A DNA stretch of 62,282 nucleotides, from NCBI GenBank assembly GCA_030141605.1, contig JAQGDQ010001106.1:1-62282 (forward strand). The letters run 5' to 3'. Made by a program: the position numbers and the translations under genes. This DNA is from Tubiluchus corallicola. Lineage: Eukaryota; Animalia; Priapulida. Shown here one piece after another: positions 52,111-62,282 of the stretch. The notes under the pieces were generated by a model. It searched no databases and was not told the origin of the DNA. It was given only the letters and a program-made list of their open reading frames with translations. Positions within the stretch are counted from its first letter, which is position 1, and every line of letters begins with the position of its first letter.

Positions 52111-52595
52111 CTTCGAATATTTAATGCCTACGTTACCAGACTATTTATGTACAACCGTGAAACATGGTGTTTAACGATTACTCAACAAAAGGAGATTGAC
52201 ATATTTCATAGAAGTCTTCTTAGGAAAGCTTTAAAGATAAGATGGCCATACATAATCAAAAATGAAGATTTATACACCAAAACAAAAGAAATTTATTGGA
52301 GTTCAAAAGTCTACATCCGAAGATTAAGATAGCTAGGACATCTTCTAAGATTACCAAATGAAGCACCAGTAAGAATCGCCTTAAAGGAAGCCTTGAAACC
52401 TTGCAAAAAACCACCCGGTAAACCTAAAACAACTTGGATAGCTAAGATAAATAAACATGTTCAACAACTTCAACAAAATCTATCTCTTGGAGTAGAAGAA
52501 CTTACGCTGTTAGCTGCAGATAGAAGTGGGTGGAATACCCTGATAAATGTTGATACCTCAATGCATACAACAGGTGGAATGAGATTTTGAAGAAA
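52111..52595 (+). mobile_element. RTE-clade LINE ORF C-terminal fragment
   Basis: MYNRETWCLT...FHRSLLRKALKIRWP...NEDLY...RRLR*LGHLLRLP...PGKPKTTW pattern, with an in-frame stop. Confidence 0.8.
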
Positions 52596-52723
52596 AGGTA
52601 ATATTTCATTACTAGTGACAAGTTGGTAATTATGGTTGGCACCAAAATGTATACACTCGATTGTATGTTAAACTGGAGTCTTTTTTCCTTTAAAATATTA
52701 TTTGAGATCGCTAACAATGTAAT

Positions 52724-53355
52724 TTAAAGGAACACATAATGATTTTTCATATACTACCCCATTTTAAAATTTCAAGTCCGATAAAAGGTACATATTTTAA
52801 CACAATTAATACTGCAAAAGCGTTTCTGATAACTAAATAATAGATTAAAAACTTAATTAATGGCGGGCCAGCCCAACTAATGATGACATCACAAACTAAC
52901 ATAATTTTCAGCAGCAAAAACGTTCCACGAGCGTGTTGCACGTATTTGCGAAAGTGGAAATTGAAGTGCAGTGCTACTGTAAGATATTCAGTTTGTTGTA
53001 CTAAAACTAGGCAAGTTTTAAGATAAAAACTCAAACTCCAAATTTACCGCTGTGCTCACGTATGAGCTGTCGAATGCGTGTAGTTCGTCACAAGCTAACA
53101 CATCTGAACTGAGAGGTACAGCACCTGTTTTTGCAATGCGTTTCCGAAATGCAGGCGCTAGTGCCCATCTAACTAGCGAACGGCGAAATGCAGGTAACAG
53201 CGAAGAACTAGTGGCGTGAACGCGAAATTGTGTTTGTGTGGTAACAATTCTTTCACGTAAGTCATTTTTGCAAGAAATAGTATGTTTGTTTTCAGTATAT
53301 TAAAGAGTAAATTGTTTTGACCTACAGCTTAAGATTGGGTCCGGTTTTGCGATAA
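52724..53355 (+). mobile_element. Kolobok-like MITE family B, copy 2
   Basis: TTAAAGG start; homologous to 44144-44729. Confidence 0.75.
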
Positions 53356-54114
53356 TGTTAAAAGTGGTCTAAAATGTTAGTTTCTTAGTTTCTTATATTT
53401 CATTGTTGATGTATGACTTCTAATGTGTTTTGTAAAAGGTGTCTCCATGTAATAGTAAACTTTAAACTTCAACTTGTGTCTTATCACTAATTAGTCACTT
53501 AGTTAAAGGAGAATAGAATTCAATTTAAATATATCGCTTAACGTATACGAACGTATAAAATACTGATTTTCAATGAGAACATAATTGTTTTGTTAACAAT
53601 GACTTAAATGAAAGATTTATTCCTGCAGTAACCAAACATCGCATTCGCCATTCGCGTGGTCCGATTTTTCGCATTTGCAGGCGTTCTGCGTATTCCACAG
53701 TGGCGTAGCTAAGGGGGGTGCGGTCCATCCCGGGCGGCACTTTATCAAATGTAATGAAAAAGTTGATTATTGTCAGAACAGTAGAAAAGCAAAACACACA
53801 TAATTTCATTTCCCACGAAAATGCTACTTACAGGGCCGCGAAGATAATAATTAGTAAATTAATATTGCTGTAACATTGCGTGTATTTGTTTTCAAACTGA
53901 CTACGATGATTTTAGTTAACCGTGAAACACATTTATAATCAAGCTTGCAGCTGCAACTTATCACACATTAATTACATAAAATTTCGCTTTTTAACGATGG
54001 ATTTGCAAATTGGTTTCTATAACATTGACATCATTACAATTATACTGACGTCATTACAATTATATTGTCATTATCAAAAATTTTAACATTTCAAATTATT
54101 AGTCTAGTTACATA

Positions 54115-54398
54115 AGCCTTTCCAGGAGGTAAGTGAAATGCTAAGTAATATAGATTTGCACGGGAAGTTTTTTGGGCTCTAATTTAACATTGTCTTTTCT
54201 TCCCCTGATTTACGTGGCGTAGGTGACGTCATGTAATGGCGCCGTCGGAACAATATTGAGGTAGATTTAAAATGAAAACAAACGAAAATTCCTTTCAACA
54301 CGAATACGATATATGCATAAAATTGCTGTAAAGTAGTATAATTTTTTAAGGCGATTTTTCTGAAACCTACTTCAGGTGCCCCTTTTCTTGTCCTTTAA
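54115..54398 (-). mobile_element. Kolobok-like MITE family C, inverted copy
   Basis: cctacttcaggtgccccttttcttgtcctTTAA is the reverse complement of the 27578 terminus. Left boundary is approximate. Confidence 0.6.
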
Positions 54399-54839
54399 AG
54401 AATTCCTAACTAACAATTTCTGCTGAACTGTGAATGGCAACAAAACACAGTAACATCTAACCGCATAGTTTTTTTGCGTAGGTGACGACCAGATCTTCTC
54501 AGACGCCTTCTCCTAGATGTAAATCTATTCCTCGTTCTTCAACATCCGCCTCTGCAAATGATTATGTACACCGCGAACCAAGACAAACAAATTGAAATGG
54601 ATGCACTTTTCGCTGACATTCGAAATCCGCACAATTTTCACTAAAAGGTGCAGACCCTTATTTCGCCTAGATTAGATAGCACTACATTAGATTAGATTAG
54701 ATAGAATGGCTAAAACTGAGAACAATTCTATTATGGTAAAGCTTTAAAACTAATCTGCCAATCTAGCATTTCGCCTTGCCTTGTATAAGATTAGAGAGTT
54801 TTCAAGATCTGTTGGATCCCAAGTCCCGCAAACCTTCCT

Positions 54840-55015
54840 CATTGTCATAATCATGGTCATCTTCATCATCGTCGTCGTCGTCACCGTTGTTGTTGTCGTC
54901 GTCATCGTCATCATCGTCGTCGCCGTCGTCATCGCCGTCATCATCACCATCACTGTCATCAACTTTTTATACTTCATTATCGTCGTTATAATTGTCATCA
55001 TCATTACCATCATCG
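54840..55015. repeat. (CAT/CGT)n low-complexity tract
   Basis: Direct reading. Confidence 0.85.
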
Positions 55016-55217
55016 TGCGTAACAAGAGCAAATGAAACAGTCAGGCAGGCACTAGGTGCAGAACAAATTCGACTCGAAATACTGGTAACGTGATTCGTTG
55101 AACTCAAGATCGTGGATTAGAAATGACGGCAATGTCGCCATCTTGAATCTAAGATGACGGACCAAATTCTGACACCCCCACCAATCCATGCAGAATTCAT
55201 TCTTGCATATTCGTCTG

Positions 55218-55601
55218 CAGGGCCTATTTCAGCCTAGGCGAGGCCCGGGGAAGTGGGGCGTGAGAGGCCCCATCGGGGGGGGGGGGGGGAGAGTGCCGGG
55301 GGCGTGCACTACCGTGGCTGGCGCTAGAACGCCGGAGAAGCATTTTCGAAGAGAAAATATGGAGTTATACAGTTGTTAAAGGAAAGAACAATTGAAAGAA
55401 AAACTGCTTTATTCTCAAGACCAGTCCTTAATACTTGTCAATACTGGCAAACGGCGCGCGTGCGGCAAGAGAGAGGGAGAGAGAGGAGGCAGTATGTTCG
55501 CATAAAGCAAAAAAATGTTGCCTTGGCGCGAGGCCCCCCTGGAGGGTGAGGCCCCGGGGAAGTATCCCCACTTCCCCCCTCCCCCCTTGAAATAGGCCCT
55601 G
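55218..55601 (+). mobile_element. hAT-type MITE (family D)
   Basis: Perfect 14-bp TIR CAGGGCCTATTTCA/TGAAATAGGCCCTG; flanks TTCGTCTG / TTCCTGTG (6/8 TSD match). Confidence 0.9.
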
Positions 55602-57524
55602 TTCCTGTGGGGTTTTATGACAATCTATTACGAACTGGTAGAGCCAATTTTCTCTAGAAGAAAGTTATTGCTGCATCTAGAATTTAAGGTGACAGATCAA
55701 AAATCCGACTGGGTCAATCGGTAGGGAATTTGTTCTAGCACATTTCTACAAATTTCTATGACGATCTACTGCGATTTGGCTGAGCTTTAGGCTTTTTTTT
55801 CAAAAACGGTGCCATCACCCCGCCGTTTTAAACATCGAATCAAAAATCCTACTAAGTAAATCGATACAAAATTCATGAAGTTTCATGATAATCTGTTGCG
55901 AACTGGCAGTGATTCAATGTTTTTTCGAAAATAAAAAATCTGGTATCACTTTAGTGAAGTTGCACGAGAATCCATTGTAAATTTATTGTAAGGAACCCTA
56001 GGCATTTTTTCAAAAGGTCATCCCCGACAACAACAACAAAAAGTATTTACTATTTCTTCATCTAGCAAATGAATAGACCTACTGTATCGTCATTCCAATC
56101 TTTCATGCACTGAAGTCTTGAATTCCTTATATGATGAAGTGAGAAAAGATAGTTTATTGCTTATGTAGTTTCGCTATGTCGTCAAACTAAATATCGTTAA
56201 AATTTCGTGCTATTGCAGCTATTATATTCTATTACACCAACAAGTTATGTATTTCTGATATCAACCATCACTAATTAGCTGATTTCCGTTGTCTTGGTGG
56301 CAATAAAGAGCCAATAAACGCGCCAGTAAATAATTCACAAGAGAAACATTTTCACCAGAGAAGCACAATATTTCGTGTCCCGTTTACGAATCATCAATGT
56401 TGGAGGCGGAAGCGGAGAGCTTTGAGGGTCCTCCTCTAGCTGCCACGGAGAACACGGAGAGCAATTGCACCATCTGCAGCAGCAGAACAGGAGAGGCACT
56501 ACTTTCACGTTAAGCACTAATTACCTTTGACCACCCTTCTCAGGCCGCGTTATCAAGCTCCTTTAATTACATATTGTGTCCGGGCAATAACAACTCAGAA
56601 CACCTTTGATTAAATCCCTGGGTATTGTGCACGAATAATTCGCCTGGTATTATTCTCTGGATTACGGCAGGATAACCTTTAATTACGCGTACAAATATGA
56701 GAAGAAATCAGTGGAAATGGTGAAAAAGCTAATCGCCTTCGACCGTTGAATCTCAGCCGATTAATCAAGTCTTGCAACGGCTAGAATACACCAAGCACGC
56801 GGAAAAAACACAATAATGCCAGAGGCAAGAATGGCTTCAAAAAGAATCGACTAAACACCTAATAGATTATCTACCGATAAGGCACACCTTTCTGAGTAGG
56901 CTGATAGAAGAATGACTATTCATGTGTAAGAATAGCACGCGTTTTGATCATTGCACGGAAACTGTCTATTCAAAGCTCCCATAACTTTGCACTAATCATT
57001 CTCATCATAATTTCTTGTATAGTTTTGGCAAACCTGTCATTGTGAGAATTGTATCGCATCACAGTAAAAGCAATTCCTTTAATCATAGACTAATAAAAGC
57101 GCTCACACTAGTGAGTATGAAGTACCTTGTACTCATAGCCTTCATTTAGGCCGGCAGTTCAATGAAAATCAGGATTTACTACGTATTTAATTAATGACGC
57201 TTAATTAGAGACCATACCACAAACAATCTGCTAACAATAATCATGCAAGTTTTCAAAGGCGACGTTTTTTAGATGATATGAAAGCTCTTGGTTTGTCCAC
57301 AGTAAAAGCACACAATGTCCTTTTGCTTTTGTGATATCTAAAAGATCCATTTAAATAGATATAATGTAATTAAGCATGATATGTGCGCGTATTTGATTCT
57401 ATTGTAGTTCATCATAGTAGGTGCACGATGTTTTCGTGAATAATTAGGCTTATTATTATGGCGTACAAGTCGGTGGTGGAACAAACATGACATTGAGTTT
57501 GAGGAATGAGTTCGATGCTATAGT

Positions 57525-57608
57525 AAAAAAAACTATTGTATGTTTCAATATTTTAGAGCATTCTTTATTGTGAACTAATGTTTACACAATCATCCGGTTT
57601 TCCTTTAA
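57525..57608 (+). mobile_element. Kolobok-like MITE family A, isolated 3' terminus
   Basis: caatattttagagcattctttatt...caatcatccggttttcctTTAA. Confidence 0.8.
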
Positions 57609-57862
57609 TGCCCAAATTTTTAGCAAAACAAAATGTGTATATATGTATAGGCATGTATGTATAAATGCACCTCATTATAATACCAAATTCACTATAACGT
57701 TGACATCATTGCAACCCCAAAGCATCTCAAATTAAAAAATAAAAAACAAAGTAAAATTAAACATCTGACTAACCTTCTCTTTCTAGGCAAGGTTGCTAGC
57801 TTCCCATCTACGTAAACAACCAATGTAAAAATAAGAAAGTAACATTCTTTGTCAATATTAAT

Positions 57863-58966
57863 TGTCGTGTTTGCTACATTTAAAACTTGGGATCGCACTA
57901 CAACCCCATTGTCAGGGCCTATTTCAGCCTAGGCGAGGCCCGGGGAAGTGGGGCGTGTAGGCCCTTTCGGGGGAGAGCCGTGGTTGGCGCCCAGAAAATT
58001 TTTGAACTGCTAGAACGCCGGAGAAGCATTTTCGAAGAGAAAATATGGAGTTATACAGTTGTTAAGGAAAGAACAATTGAAAGAAAAACTGCTTTATTCT
58101 CAAGACTAGTCCTTAAAACTTGTCAATACTGGCAAACGGCGCGCGTGCGGCAGAGAGAGAGAGAGAGAGAGAGAGGAGGCAGTATGTTCACATAAAGCAA
58201 AAAAAAGTTACCTTGGCGCGAAGCCCCCCTGGAGGGTGAGGCCCCGGGGAAGTATCCCCATTCCCCCCCTTGAAATAGGCCCTGCCCATTGTTCCATCCT
58301 TTGATAAATATCATGTCAGTAGATTGTCGTGTTTGCTACATTTAAAACTTGGGATCCCACTACAACCCCATTGTTCCATCCTATGATAAATATCATGTCA
58401 GTAGCTTGTCGTGTTTGCTACATTTAAAACTTGGGATCCCACTACAACCCCATTGTTCCATCCTATGATAAATATCATGTCAGTAGCTTGTCGTGTTTGC
58501 TACATTTAAAACTTGGGATCCCACTACAACCCCATTGTTCCATCCTATGATAAATATCATGTCAGTAGCTTGTCGTGTTTGCTACATTTAAAACTTGGGA
58601 TCCCACTACAACCCCATCGTTCCATCCTTTGATAAATATCATCATGTCAGTAGCTTGTCGTGTTTGCTACATTTAAAACTTTGGATCCCACTACAACCCC
58701 ATTGTTCCATCCTTTGATAAATATCATGTCAATAGCTTGTCGTGTTTGCTACATTTAAAACTTGGGATCCCACTACAACCCCATCGTTCCATCCTTTGAT
58801 AAATATCATGTCAGTAGCTTGTCGTGTTTGCTACATTTAAAACTTGGGATCCCACTACAACCCCACCGTTCCATCCTTGATAAATATCATGTCAGTAGCT
58901 TGTCGTGTTTGCTACATTTAAAACTTGGGATCCCACTACAACCCCATCGTTCCGTCCTTTGATAAA
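57863..58966. repeat. 82-bp minisatellite, about 9 units; the first unit is interrupted by a hAT MITE
   Basis: Unit tgtcgtgtttgctacatttaaaacttgggatcccactacaaccccattgttccatcc...gtagct (e.g. at 58325 and 58407). Confidence 0.95.
57913..58284 (+). mobile_element. hAT-type MITE (family D), 372 bp
   Basis: Perfect 14-bp TIRs and perfect 8-bp TSD CCCATTGT (57905-57912, 58285-58292). Confidence 0.94.
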
Positions 58967-59401
58967 CTGCCCCAAACAAGGCCAATGGTAACTCAAGGTA
59001 AGTCTTGTTTTTAACCGTTATAAGTAACAGTTATTGACTATCTAGACATCAGAATTTGGCTATTAGCGCGTGAGAGAACTCAGCTTGTCAATATCGTAGA
59101 TACCGTGTTTTAATTTAAATTGTGCTGAATCTTATCGGAAATTTAGGAAGCCGGGAGTTGAGATATAGAAGCCAAATACGTATCGCGCTTTTCCTTTATA
59201 ACTGTTTTTCGCACGAATTCAAGCTTTTGCCATTTTTGATAACATTTTATCAAGCGTTTTCTTCGAATACGAGAATAATGTGAAATAAACTTGGTAACCG
59301 ATACATCATTTTGTTACGAACCGAGCAATATCAAATGTTGCTACCTCGAAATCACGTGAAACGTGTTAGAATAAAATGCTGAAATTTCTGGCGTTCGAGT
59401 C

Positions 59402-59688
59402 GTAAGTGTGAAAACTGTAACGCTGAAAAGGCAGAGAAATATGACAGTGTAAGTGTGAAAAAGTGTAACGCTGAAAAAGGCAGAGAAATATGACAGTGTA
59501 AGTGTGAAAAAGTGTAAAGTTGAAAAAGGCAGAGAAATATGACAGTGTAAGTGTGAAAAAGTGTAAAGCTGAAAAGGCAGAGAAATATGACAGTGTAAGT
59601 GTGAAAAACTGTAAAGTTGAAAAAGGCAGAGAAATATGACAGTGTAAGTGTGAAAAAGTGTAAAGTTGAAAAGGCAGATAAATATGAC
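59402..59688. repeat. About 48-bp minisatellite x6
   Basis: gtaagtgtgaaaaagtgtaaag(c/t)tgaaaaggcagagaaatatgacagt units. Confidence 0.93.
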
Positions 59689-61838
59689 ACACGTTCAAAT
59701 ACGAAAAAATTGCAGAAGAAAATAGAAGTATGAAAACAGAAATATTAGGTCGGTTTTGCTTAGAAGCCACACATTTTGCATACTTTCAACATTTTCCCAC
59801 TGATGTTGGATTCAAGATCCTGATTGGTTTATCACCCCAATCAACGAGTTGATGACTGTGACAACAATGACAAACTGAAAGCTAATGATGACGGTGGTGA
59901 AGATGATGACGACGACGACGAAAATCAGGGCAACCACAACAACGATGATGATAGCAAATTTGGTGATGAAGATGGTGACACCTGCAGTTTAAATCTTCAC
60001 TCTTTCACTTACATGGTTTTAGAAGTTCTATCGTTCTAGATTCAGAAGCATTCTATTTGCGTATTATTGTACAGATAATTAGTAGATTATAAGCAATACA
60101 TTGTTATTGTACATCCTCTATTATGACCGAGGAATCAACATGCTAGATGATATGGATTTAAGAGAGCTATTTAATGCTTTTACTTGCTTATCGATTTTAA
60201 GTGTCTGATCAAGAATCGAAAATCGGTAAAGTCACGGCACATCAAAGTACGGAATCTAAAACCACCGATATACACCTTGCCATCCAACTATAAGATTGGG
60301 CATTTTTTAAATGTAGCTTTGTCACATTTTCTGCTATTTTTGTCCCGAAACAAGTTAAACCGTTATTTTCTTCTTTTCTCGCAAAGGTACCACACAGTTC
60401 CTGGCTTCTCGAACCGCCTAGTCGTTCGGATAGCCTTAAGCAGCTATTAGTAGCTAGGTCAGTCGGACTAACCATTTCATCCATTAGTGAGATATAGGAA
60501 ACTTGGTTGTCATTACCATGAACTCCGCACCAGATTAGGTTGAGAGTGAAAATAGATTTGCATAATTGTGCTCAAAGGATCTCTGCGAATACAGTTATCA
60601 ACTGGTCTGACAAATGTCACTTGAAAGCTCGGTGCTCTGCTTCTTCGCGTTTTGCCGTTTTGCATCTGGAACTAAAGCAACGTTTTCACTCCACATTAGT
60701 GCCAACATAACCTTGTAACCGTTGCTAACATTAAGTACAAACTGGCTTTGGCTTATAGTCTTTGAAGTACTACTTACCTGTCTCCATAGTTTAAATCCCA
60801 TGCGTGTTGCAACGAAAATTCTATAAACCTTGTTGAGCATTTGCTAGTAAACAATAAGGACACAAACAAAACGGACGATCTCAAAATTGTGATATTGTTG
60901 TATTGCACGTAATAATTCCGTTTAATTTGTTCCCTTACCTCTTCATATGTCCTAAAAGTACCTAAAATATTGTTACGAAGGCGAAATGCCCTTTATTTTC
61001 GACCCTCCCTCTCTACATTGTGATGGTTTTATCCATTGCGAAGCCATTGCATATCAGCGTTGCATAGCAGCTATAAGTACCTGGTATGGAATGGCCTCAT
61101 CGGTTCAGTGGGCTGGCAGACAGGTGCGTCTTCCATCTCAGCACCTGTTCCGCAATGACAACTGGCATGGAGCACGATGGGGTAGACATCTGGCGTGTTA
61201 CTTAATTCTGCAATTTTACTCCGCAAGTTTAGATACCATATGAATATCACCTATTCTTACTTCCTTTACCTCTTTTGTAGGTGTTTATCAAATTCTTTCT
61301 TACAATTACCTAGATACAGGAAAGAGTAAAAGTTCATCTATGATTGATGAATACATATTAGCTGAATGCATTCTTTGCAGTCTTCTTGTCGCATCATAGG
61401 ACTCACTTGTTATAATTTCTATCATAATGATCACATTTTTATTATTGCCATTTCATATTTAACACCTTTTACTTTTACTTCGTTTTTTCCACTCTTATTT
61501 ACATTAATTACTCCACTTTCCCCACAACTTACTTTATAATCGTCACCACCTTTCATCTTTGGCTCGTGCTCACAGTTAACAATTCGTCATTATACTACCA
61601 CCGTAGAGGTTTTCAAGTTTTAAGATAAAGATCAGCTAATTTGAAGTTACACTACACTACCCTCTTGCTTTGATAAATTTAGACTTAGTTTCAATAACAC
61701 ATTGCTATATTTATTTATTTATAAAACCATTAAGAAAAGAAATTACATAAGGTAAAAAAACGTCTTAAAAACATTAAACAAAGAAACCACATATAAGTGG
61801 TATAATGGTTCAAGCACAAAAACACAGACAACAGAGCA

Positions 61839-61876
61839 ACACACACACACGCACACGCACACGCACACGCACACGC

Positions 61877-61945
<69 letters not shown>
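61839..61945. repeat. (CACACG)n/(CA)n microsatellite
   Basis: Direct reading. Confidence 0.96.
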
Positions 61946-61956
<11 letters not shown>

Positions 61957-62189
61957 TATGAACTTAATATTACATATGTATTCCAGTTAGTCGGTTAATC
62001 AAGCTTGCACTGAGTTATCTCAGTCGGGCTTCTCTTCAAATATTTTGAGGACCAATCTGGCATTAATTTTAATAACTTCTACATCTTTTGATGCATTTAA
62101 AAATACGAAGTGCTCATTGGAAGACATATAATGAAAGTTAGGACAAAAATCAGAAAGGATACCAAAACATTCCTCTCTTACGTGACAGT

Positions 62190-62207
62190 GAGAGAAGGAG
62201 AGGAAAA

Positions 62208-62282
<75 letters not shown>
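62190..62282. repeat. (GA)n microsatellite, runs off the window end
   Basis: Direct reading. Confidence 0.95.

Noticed and set aside
49222-57608. Single 8.4-kb composite Kolobok element bounded by the 5' half at 49222 and the 3' end at 57525-57608
   Set aside because: TTAA is an invariant TSD, so it cannot pair the ends. Part of the MITE body is missing and no transposase is seen. Independent fragments of an abundant family are the simpler explanation.

Overview
Repeat-rich, AT-rich eukaryotic genomic DNA from an invertebrate animal, judged from the GT-AG introns, microsatellites, TTAGGG-like tracts and LINE/MITE content. The exact taxon cannot be fixed from the sequence. Two spliced genes lie tail-to-tail. 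(1) On the + strand is the 3' half of a type I inositol-1,4,5-trisphosphate 5-phosphatase (INPP5A-like), with exons reconstructed by hand at 2158-2250, 4582-4662, 5105-5178, 6204-6315, 6714-6770 and 10064 onward. (2) On the - strand is a complete D2-like dopamine receptor CDS in four exons (42586-42179, 29598-29486, 26019-25094, 24643-24432; 552 aa). The most interesting observation is a probable splice switch at the INPP5A C-terminus. Read-through of a donor at 10106/10107 gives a long tail ending in a CaaX prenylation motif (CSVL). Splicing to an in-phase exon at 12913-13133 gives a tail ending in a class I PDZ-binding motif (ETSV). The rest of the window is TTAA-flanked Kolobok-like MITEs, hAT MITEs with 8-bp TSDs, LINE fragments including a young L2/CR1-group RT, a palindromic tRNA-derived element, and many mini- and microsatellites. 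There are no CRISPR arrays or prokaryotic systems. All family assignments come from motif recognition, not database searches.
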